Assembly (NCBI GenBank): GCA_043228905.1
Contig: JBHGNT010000017.1
Span: 9,052,001-9,116,000 of the forward strand
Direction of reading: 5' to 3'
DNA from: Azolla caroliniana
Lineage: Eukaryota; Plantae; Polypodiophyta
Length of the DNA stretch: 64,000 nt
This document shows positions 36,542 to 46,366 of this stretch, piece after piece; the stretch's first letter is position 1, and the number at the start of each line of letters is the position of its first letter. The position numbers and the translations under genes were made by a program. The notes under the pieces were generated by a model. That model was not told the DNA's origin. It did no database searches and was given only the letters and a program-made list of their open reading frames with translations.

Positions 36542-39500
36542 TCCGAACGATAACGCTAGTGGAACCATTATCAACACACTACACAATCTAAATAGCAATG
36601 GAAGAGAAACATAATAGTTTTAAAAATAGAAGACAAAGATCCATAATATATGGACTGGTATATATTAGACACGGAAATTCTACGAGCATGTTATGTTAAG
36701 GTAAAGTTTGACCAAAATCAGTCTTAATGTAAACTAATTCATGTTTCTCCATATTGGTAGTCAGCAATACACGCGGTGAAAACAATGTCATAAGTCAACA
36801 AACCAAGTATATAGAAATAAAATTGAAACATATAGAAGAATATAAAGAATCGAATACACCAAGTAGAACCCAAAATTTGTATTACTAATGTGAATTTCAA
36901 ACAATACATTTCGTCAACAAAAGAGTCCATTACATAGCAATCAAATCGTCAATGTCATTTTCTTCTTCATCTCTTATAGAAGTCTCTTCGGCTATACGTG
37001 CATTGTCTTCCCCTATTAGCCGAGCCAACGTAATATCTTCTATAAGCTCATCATCAAGCTCTATTAGCTCCCTCGGTTCCCCGGCTAACGGAGGAAAAGG
37101 CTCTCGTGAAGCGGGTTGAAACCTTTTGGTATCAACGAGGTTCTTTGCAACGACCTCCTCGTCCTGGTCTGGGCACTCCCACAAAGCCTTAATTCTCATG
37201 TTTATAAATATAACTTGCTCCTCATCCTTCTCCAATGCAACTGTGTTTCTGAAGAGCTTCAATGCACATGCAGACGTTGTCCTTGTGAAGAAAGCAACAA
37301 GAAGAATTAGTTTTCAAACAAAAAAGAATCGGTACTGGTTATCTCAAGATTGTTAACCTACTTTGAGGAATACTTGTGCCAGAAAAGAGGTCTAATATCC
37401 AATCTCTTTCTACAAAAAACATCTCGATCAAGCGCATCATAAGTTGTTGAGGTTTTTGGTATGGGTTGATAAGTCCCCGTTCTGTCGTGGTGACATGTCG
37501 CAATTTCCGTGTCACTACTGGATATACCAACAGATTTGAACCAACAACTTCATTAGAATGCTCCTTGATTCTTTGTTTCTTTATTTCATTGAAGTAGCCA
37601 ACCATAATGCATTCAAACCAAAAGGTTGGCCCTCTATTGACATTGGTTTTTATCCTATAACAAATATTGCATCGAGTTAAGAATAGACTGAACAATATTA
37701 AGAAAGGCAATATAGTGAATGAGACTTATAAATAATCCTTACCATGCAAGGTTCTCGATGCCATGGCAATGAGATCTCAAAGCTTGAGCTACTGAGTACC
37801 CTTGGTCCATACTATGAAAGACAACTATCCTCCACAAAGATGCAATCGTTAGCTCAACAAAATCCTTGACCATCTTCTCTAATTGTTTGAACCTAAAAGG
37901 TTCATCGTCGTATGATGACCCTGCCATTTGAAATCCGTATGGAATATCAACAATCATTAGCGTATATTCCTTCTTTGGCACTTTTTGGATCATGTCAACG
38001 ACATCGCTGCAAATCACGTTGTAGTAAAGATCTTTAGTAATGTCCTTTTTGTGGCTAAATTTTTTGAAGGAGCCATCTTCCTCAATTTTGTACGCCTTGA
38101 CTAAGCGACAATCCTTTTCTTTTTTGGCTGTCTCGAGATGTGCAAGGAAGGATGTTGGGAAATCGTGCATATCCTTAACTTCTCCTTGTTTCTTGCCGCG
38201 GCACGGTTTCTAATAGAAGCAATAAGACATCAAGTATTATTACACAACCTCTACATATGAGGAAAACTTAATGAAAAACACCAATACTAACCCAATCCTT
38301 GAATGCAATAAAATACTCGGATAACACGCCTTATATGAAGACGTTAGAGGATAATCCTCGATCACTTGTTCCCAAGTTATACATCCAAGTTGTTTCATGA
38401 TAACTTCTTGGATCTTCATGTACACCTTATGACTGTGAAATTAGAAAACGAGATTAGAACTTTCAATTGCACCATATTGAATTCAATATCACTATTTGAA
38501 AGACTTACTTATTGAACTTCGTGACAATTTCTTCAAGGCTTAATTCTTTTGCCACAACCCTTGACAAAACAGACACAAGAAGCTGCTCGTCCTTAATACC
38601 TTGCATCGCTCTCCACAGAGACAGCTTCATGTCGTCAACCGCTTCTTCAATTGTCAAATCAATTTTCTTGGCCGCTTGTGACTTTAATTCTAGCTGAGGG
38701 TCTACCTTACATTTCTTTTGTCGTTGACCCTTGACCTCCTTATTCTCCCACATTGAGAAGATTTGATCTTGTAGGTCCCATACTTCTCTATCTCTAAAGG
38801 CAAGTTGAAACCATGATTCATATTTCTGAAGACCATCCGACTTAACATTATCATCCACCACAATGCCGACCTCATGAAGGTATTGACGTTGTAGGCCGGG
38901 GTGTAGCTTCACACTAAACTTTTGTTTGACGTCCAGGTATTCATGGTGGAAGAACCTTATCTGTTCAATAGATGACATTTTCTACCTATAGTTGTTGTCG
39001 TTGTTGTGGTCCCATGCCAAAAGCTTTGCCTCTTTAGTTGTGAGGCCCACGTAAATTTTGCACTTGGCATACTTGAAGAAGAAAGTCATTGGGTGCTCTC
39101 TAACAAGTTGCTGGCATGCTTCAACTGAATGTGATCCACCAATTACAAAGTAATTGTATTGATCATGCTTTCTCACGTCGAAGTCCTTAGTTGTGGAACA
39201 TTCTTCGGGATCTACCATCACAATGAAAGGCACAACTGTAGCATGTGGATTTATTTTCATTTTTTTCTTGAGATTCTGAACATGCATTCGGTGTGGCTCT
39301 TTGATCTCAACTGGTCTTCGTCCTGTTTTTACATCTACTGGGGGCCAATGGATGTGTGTTATAGGAAAATTAAAAACTTGCCCTTTTCTCACCAGTTTGC
39401 GCTGCATTAACTCTCTCCGTATTTATTATGCTCAGATGACAACACACCAGATGCCAACTCAGCACCTGGAGTCCCCCTAGTGTCCTCATCTTCAGTTGAG

Positions 39501-39845
39501 CTTGATGAGTTGGAGTCCAACATTTTAGTGGTCTTCTTTTTTGCTGGTCTTGATTGCACTTTAAATGCCCTTTTTGGGGCCTTCACCGGGGAGGGAAATG
39601 GCTCCCTTAAAGTTACATGGCCTTGTATATAAGGCCTCAAGGTGACAATAAGATTTTGTGAGCTTTGTAGATCTTTTTTAAAAGATTCTGGCCCACAAGA
39701 TTCCTTTACTAGTCGATCTTCAGAAAGGTACACTTTACGTACCCCCTTCGAGCACTCTATCATTACAAGAATGCTGGCTGAATCTAAATCTTCGTAGTCA
39801 AGTCGTAAAATACGGCCATACATAAATGCGGTGTCATTTTCAAGC

Positions 39846-42032
39846 TGTTGAGCGGCAAGCTCAACCGGATCCAGATCGACTGAATAAGCCTGAGCTGGAT
39901 CGGTGAGCCGGTGAGCTGGGGAGCTGGTTAGCCGGATCTAGAAGTAACAGGAAGCCTAGTAGAAGCCTAGACTACTAGGTAGTTAATGTCTCGTAGTTAG
40001 TGTCAGACGCTCGTGTGAGTATTGAAGTACACCGTACTTCTGTCAGTCCTCTTAGGACTTGTATAAATAGTGTTTTTGAGCACGTTGTATACACAGAGAA
40101 TTTTTACAGAGTTGTTGATAATAGATTTAAGTTGTTCTGCTCTTTCTCTGTCTCTCTTGCGTACCTTCAGTGTGTTAATCTCTCTCTCTCTCTCTCTCTC
40201 TTTGTGTTGCTATCTGGCTAAGCCGGTTGTCTAATGCTTCTGCACCTTCGTTTTTATATGGTATCAGAGCGCGAGGGTTGAGAACCTCTACAACCGACAT
40301 CAGCATCTGAAGACAAACCCTAAGACCCGGTAAGAACAAAAAGAGAAGTGATGGACAGAGCAATGGCTAGCTCGCTCCCGGTGGAGAAGCTCGACAGATC
40401 CAACTACTCATCTTGGTCATACAAGATGCACCAATACCTGCTTGGGCATGGTTACTAGAGCTATGTTGATGGAGCTAACGACACAACACCTGATGCGGCA
40501 CACAAGGACTTCCCAGTGTGGGAACAAGCGGTAAGCAGAGTGATGTACTGCTTTGCATCCAGTGTCGGAGAGCAGCTACTGAGCCATGTCCGAGATGCCA
40601 AGATGCCAAAAGAAGCTTGGGGAAACCTGAAGAAGGTTTTCGGGGCCAGCACTACGGCCCGGAAGTTGCAACTCCGACAGGAGTTGAGCAATGTCCGACA
40701 GAAGGACATGTCAGTAGCCGATTACACAACCCAAATCAAAGAGATCTTTGACTCATCTTCCTCTATCAACGTCACTGTAGATGAAGATAAGATGGTGCAG
40801 ATTTGTCTTGGGGGCTAGCGTCTAAGTTCAGAGCGTTCCGAACGGCGGTATGTACAAGGGAGAATACGCCGTCATTTTTCGACTTACAGTCGATGCTCCT
40901 TGTAGAGGAGAACCACGTCGGTGTGTCAACAAGTGCACCCACCAATAGCCGGATGCTATACACAGAGGCGGATCAGCCCCATGGGTGTGGTGGACGAGAT
41001 GAGTCGGCTCGCAATGGTAGCGACCGGCAAGGGCAGGACCGAAGGCACAGAGAACGGGCAAAGACATTGGAACGGGCAAAGGCAAAGAAACTGCCGATTG
41101 CGTCGGTGAGGGAAGAACCGACAAAGGGAGAGACAAGAAGAAGAAAGGAGCCGAGTGGACAAAGGAAGTTGACACATCTGAACAAGTCGGAACAAGCGGC
41201 AACGACGACAGAGTCAAGAAGGACAGAGCCGACTGGAAGAAGAAGGCCAAGATCCGGACATGGTCCGATGTGGTGAAGGGCCTGGAATAGGAAGACGAAT
41301 TAGGAGCGACCGATTTAGACAAGAGCTGGAACGAATAAGAGACAGCTGATTCGTTTCAACAGAAGGATTCGGAAGAACCGGATCAATTCAAGGCCAAGAG
41401 GACGAGAAGGTAGCGAAAGTCGACGTCAACATGAAGGAATCGGCGAATCGGCAAGCACCGAAGTCACAACAGCGAGGGAGCTGAATTGGGCTTGTTTAGC
41501 AGACAAGCTGACCGAGGAGGTTGAGGTGTGCAAAATTAGAAGGCTGGCGGCAAACGGGACCGGACCGGACGAGGAGCGTGAGCGAGGTGGAGTGACGCCA
41601 GAAGGAGCCGGGTGGAAGGACCGCCTGCCATGGAGACTGACACTACGATCCAACCTCAAGTTGAGCTTGAGGGGGAGTGTTGAGCTGCAAGCTCAACCAG
41701 ATCTGGATCAGCTGAATAAGCCTGAGCCAGATCGGCATCCAGAAGGATGAGCCGAATCGGTGAGCCGGTGAGTTGGGGAGCTGGTTAGCCGGATCCAGAA
41801 GTAACCGGAAGCCTAGTAGAAGCCTAGACTTCTAGGTAGTTAATGTCTCATAGTTAGTGTCAGACGCTCGTGTGAGCATTGAAGTACATCGTACTTCTGT
41901 CAGTCCTCTTAGGACTTGTATAAATAGTGTTGTTGAGCACGTTGTATACATAGAGAATTTTTACAAAGTTGTTGATAATAGATTTAAGTTGTTCTGCTCT
42001 TTCTCTGTCTCTCATGCGTACCTTTTGTGTGT

Positions 42033-42068
<36 letters not shown>

Positions 42069-42121
42069 GTTGCTATCTAGATAAGCCGGTTATCTAACGC
42101 TTCCGCACCTTCGTTTTTACA
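39846..42121 (+). mobile_element. Non-autonomous gag-only copia derivative G (LTRs 39846-40258 and 41678-42121), same family as D
   Basis: TSD CAAGC (39841-39845, 42122-42126); PBS TGGTATCAGAGC 40259-40270; gag 40364-41050; PPT TTGAGGGGGAG; no pol. Confidence 0.93.
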
Positions 42122-42739
42122 CAAGCTGACCATTGCCCTTCTTCTTTGCCGTATACAACACAACTTTTTTCTTGGAGTCGAGGTACTGCATACACCATTC
42201 CTTGTCCGTTAGATCACGGTTAGGAAGGTCCTCACCACCAGTAACAACTAACATTTCCTTTTGGCTAATTCCGTCTGATGGTTGAGATTTTGTCTCCTCG
42301 TTGAAGAGAAGTTTTTTTCCTCTCTTCATGTTCTGAGGAACTATTTGTTTCTGGGTCTCAATTGGAGAGCCTTGAATTCAGAGCTTGATTTTCTTCACAA
42401 GTCAGTCTGACAAGTTCTCAAACGACCTATTTAAGAAAGGACATGCGAAAATATAAGTTAGTTGGTTCCCTAGATTAAGGTTACCTATTAAAATATACAT
42501 AAGCAGACCAAGACAAAAACTAGCAAGTGATTTGTGCTAAACTCTAAATATCAATCATAGTTTTTGTAAACATGATAGACATTTATTGTGAATTTAAATT
42601 TAGTAAGGTCTATTCAACTTCGAATATTATATATCTTAATAATTTTACAAGGATTTGTATCATATTGGAGGGTAGGTATGGTTTATATTGATTCCATATC
42701 CCATATGGTTGAGAATTTTAATACGATAGGTTTGAATTT

Positions 42740-42978
42740 GGTATCATAAAGGTAATTCGTTTGTTATTTTCTATTATTTTAAGCTATTATAGGTCATAAA
42801 ACCTATTTCAATAAGGGCACTACATGTTACAAAATGTAGCATTATAGGTCATAAAACCTGTTTCAATAAGGGCGCTAAATGTTACAAAATGTATCATAAA
42901 GGTAATTTGTGTGTTATTTTCTATTATTTTAAGCTATTATTGGTATCATAAAACCTATTTCAATAAGGGCACTAAATT
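42740..42978 (+). repeat. Imperfect tandem repeats in intron 1 of the cargo gene
   Basis: TCATAAAACCT(A/G)TTTCAATAAGGGC three times; ATCATAAAGGTAATT...TTTTAAGCTATTAT twice. Confidence 0.8.
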
Positions 42979-43039
42979 GGTATCCTTTCACACATATATC
43001 AATAAGTTCCCCCAAAGACATAATATTTCTTTTTAAAAA

Positions 43040-43296
43040 GAGGGTTTTATATAGGAACTCGATACGTGGTATCGAGTTCTTGTATAAAACACAAACTTTA
43101 AACAGGAACTCGATACGCCGAACTCGGCCGTACCAAGTTCCTGTTTAAAGTGGGGGTTTCATACAGTAACTCGATACGTCGTATCAAGTTCCTGTTAAAA
43201 TCCCCCACTTTAAATAGGAACTGGATACGCCGTATCGAGTTCCTATTTAATAAGAGTGTTTTATACAGGAACTCCATACCCTATATCGAGTTCTTG
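43040..43296. repeat. Array of five palindromes AGGAACTCGATACG-N-CGTATCGAGTTCCT at ~51-bp period
   Basis: Units start at 43053, 43104, 43165, 43216 and 43267. Confidence 0.9.
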
Positions 43297-43488
43297 AGTG
43301 CTAAAAACATATTTACAGAAAAGGTCCATACAGCTAGGCGCTTACCTGGAATCTTGGTGCTCGCTCTTCTTAGAAGACATGATTCTCGTCGTCGATGCTA
43401 ACGGGGAGATGACGATTTGGTGCTACATGCTTTGGGCTCTGTGTGCTCTGTTCTGCACATGAGTGATTGTGAAATGAGGGGGTCTTCC

Positions 43489-43496
43489 TATTTATA
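43489..43496 (-). promoter_or_regulatory. Putative TATA box of the cargo gene
   Basis: Minus-strand CCCTATAAATAGG about 110 bp upstream of the ATG at 43380. Confidence 0.55.
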
Positions 43497-44183
43497 GGGA
43501 TTGACCACTGTGGTTAAAGTAACCACAATTACTTTAACCATGGTTGGTAATCTTAAGGTTAGCTAGTTAGACCTAAGAGAGAGTTTCGTTGACCTTAGGA
43601 CACTTTTTTCTTAGACCTTAATACACTTTATTTAGTACATAATCTTGAATGTACCAATGACTCTCTAATGGATTTTAATTAAATGATGCTTATGAATGAA
43701 TCAATGATTAAATACTCTAAACTAACATATTAATGATTATTTTATATTTTTGATTGCCTTTGAAGGTCATAAATAAAACAATGATAGAGGTTCATGAATT
43801 AACCAATGATTGAATACTCAAAGCAACATTTTTATGACTCTCTAATGTTTTGTATTAAAGATGTGTCCATAATGAACCAATGATTGAGAAGTTCTATATT
43901 AAATATGGGTGCCATTAATTAACCAATGATTTTAACTTTAAACCAATATATACATGGCTTTGTAATGATTGTAAATATATTATACTTGATGGCTAAAGTA
44001 AATTTAATTTAAATTATATATTATAGGATTAATAAGGTATAAAATATAATTGATGGACTTTATACTAACTAGTTTAAGTAATTATTAATATGTTGAATAA
44101 ATTTATTATATTAAAAATAATATCTTTCTTTATTGTATTAATATAATATTAAATAATATAGACATTATATTGAGGGAGCTTAT

Positions 44184-45998
44184 GTTTAGAGAGGAGTTTG
44201 CCATTAGAAAGTACGCATGGGGTATTGCTCCATTTGTGCAAATCTTAAAAGTTTGGCTAAAGGTGCAAAGACATCAATGGAAAAGGATATGAGTAAGAAG
44301 TTAATATAGGAGCATCGTGAGGCACAATCGTTAGAATGAAAGAAGGCGATGCATCATAGAGAGAACTATTTGAAGAGGCTCGAACAATACATGTGCTTAA
44401 TGATAGATGGCATGGACTAGAAGAAGACGTGCTTCCCGCATATGTGGAGGCTTCCCAAAGACATCAATGATGAGTGCCTTGTTCAAATGCACTTGGTGGG
44501 ATGCTTGGCTTATAATAGGTCTGTTGGACCTCACGACTTCATTACATACCCCCATGTTCACAATGGCCCTAACCTAACAGTTACAGTGATTCACTGAGTT
44601 TTGATGTCTTGGGGCCAATCGTTCCCCCCTGTTCTATACATTCAATTGGACAATACTGCTAGAGAGAACAAAAATTCAACTGTGTTTGGCTATCTAAGTA
44701 TGTTGGTCAACCAAGGATTGTTTAGAAAAGTGAAAGTCAATTTTCTTTTGGTTGGCCACACACATGATCATATAGATCATATGTTTACCACATTCTCCAG
44801 ACAGTTGTTTCGGCATGATGCTTTCACATTACCAAAACTATTTGATGTCATTTGTGATGCATATACACCGTGCCCAAAAGTGTTACACTTGAAGGAGGTA
44901 TATGACTTTAAGAGATATATATCAGATGGGGGTGTTGGGAATGTTAAAGTGCTCGCCCATTTAAACAATATAAGCTTCAATCACATTTTTATGATAAAGA
45001 AAAATGAAATAAGTGGTTCTACGCTTTTGTATGCTAAACAATATGCATCTTCTACAACATGGGAACCTGAAGGTGGTTGCCAGTTATTACTTTGTATGCC
45101 GAGTACAATTGTGCATGGAGCTAAACAAATGCCAATTGAGAAGAAAGGACAATTGCATAGTGACTTGGTATCGGAACAAAAACAATTATGGCTCCAAGCC
45201 TTAGAAGAAAAAAGAAAGCATATTGAGGCCGCACAACAAGAAACATCATGGTGGGATGTATTTTTTAGTGATCAGAAAGGAATTATAAACAATTGTGTAT
45301 TTGGTGATAATTGGAATTTGGAAACGTCATTCACATGGTCGCTACAACATGATCGTGTAAATAAAACTCCGGAGCAACCAGCAAATGCGATTAATGATAA
45401 TTTGGTCCATCCACAACAAAGAGACATTTATGTGGGACCAAGGATGACCAAAGCAGCCGAAGCTAGATGGCAAGGCAATTTATAAGAGCTCATGGTGAGG
45501 ATGTTGATTGCAACGCTTGCTGATGAGAACTCACATGGCCACCAATTTTGTGTTGGCAAAATTCTAGAAGTGCTAATGCATGAAATATAAAACACGAAAC
45601 AGTCTATAAACATTTATTGGTACAACACTTGAAGTGTAAATGCTTTTACGGGTAAGTATACATTAGACATGATTGAATGCCCAACAACAAGGGGAGGTAG
45701 GAAGAGGAAGCGAAACATTCGTAACACCTCGATCCTTGACATCTCTGATGTGGATATCATTGTGTACGACTTCATGCTTACAAAACCGGAACGATTAAGG
45801 AAGTCAACAATAGATATAATAAAAGAAAAATTACCAGGTCTATAAGGTGGCTCGAGTCGAAGGCAAACGAGATCTGTTACATATAATCTAGAGTCAAACC
45901 ATTTGGTTTATGACGAAGATAATGCATTGATTGGTACATTCGAGCATGACGAGGAGGAATCGTCATTGTATATTAGTTATAGTATTGATTCTCCATAA
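44184..45998 (+). pseudogene. Sola-like (DUF7869-type) DDD transposase, 5' part missing, several in-frame stops
   Basis: Single frame over ~600 codons: RMGYCSIC...EH...MIDGMD*KKT.FP...LYIQLDNTARENKN...NFLLVGHTHDHIDHMF; stops are mostly TAG/TAA/TGA where CAG/CAA/CGA fit. Confidence 0.8.
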
Positions 45999-46330
45999 AG
46001 GAGTGATCATGAATGTATTTTTGGCTATTAAGTGTAACTACATTTCACTTGTAACAAATCGAGTATTATAAAAGCATGTGTTTTGAATTCTTATGATTTC
46101 TAAAAAATCGTTTCTTATAAAATAACATTGGTTGTAAAGTTTGTGATATAAATTGAGAATGTAAATTTTTGAAATTCCTCTTTTTTTATTTATTTCTAAA
46201 TCACGAAAATAGTGGATTTTTAACCTTTTTCATAGTATATTTGAACCTGTATGATACTGGTATCAATGTGTTTTGTAAAATCATTGAAAAAGTACTAAAA
46301 TCAATCAAAATATTCCTTATCCTTCCATTT

Positions 46331-46366
46331 ATGCGCGATCCTTCCACTTGTGAACGCGAACGTGTT
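46331..46366 (-). repeat. Right terminal inverted repeat
   Basis: Reverse complement AACACGTTCGCGTTCACAAGTGGAAGGATCGCGCAT. Confidence 0.92.

Larger units (their letters stand above)
36930..43380 (-). pseudogene. Spliced transposon cargo gene: N-terminal region + ParB/Srx-like domain + beta-class N6-adenine/N4-cytosine DNA methyltransferase + acidic tail (~950 aa reconstructed)
   Basis: Exons (minus): 43380-43346; 42426-42122 joined to 39840-38509 after removing the LTR insert; 38432-~38330; ~38250-37743; 37654-37374; 37282-36930. Motifs PFIVMV..YFVIGGSHS..A; MIVDIPYG; W-I-K-T-N; NPYQKPQQLM.RLIE; WILDLFSGT[G]TTSACALKLFRNTVALEKD. Confidence 0.85.
35885..46366 (+). mobile_element. Sola-like cut-and-paste DNA transposon (~8.2 kb without nested LTR element) with 36-bp TIRs and ATAA TSD, carrying a ParB-methyltransferase cargo gene
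   Basis: The 5' LTR of F gives the empty site GTTC-ATAA-GTG; the filled 3' LTR has ATAA at 35881-35884 and 46367-46370; TIRs match at 32/36; DDD-type transposase inside. Superfamily label from motif recall only. Confidence 0.88.

Noticed and set aside
36930-39407. Bacterial or phage contamination as source of the ParB-MTase
   Set aside because: The gene has GT-AG introns, lies within TIRs inside a plant LTR, and is itself interrupted by a plant copia element.
43040-43296. CRISPR-like appearance (palindromic repeats with spacers)
   Set aside because: Spacers are related to each other as inverted copies rather than unique, there are no cas genes, and the context is eukaryotic.
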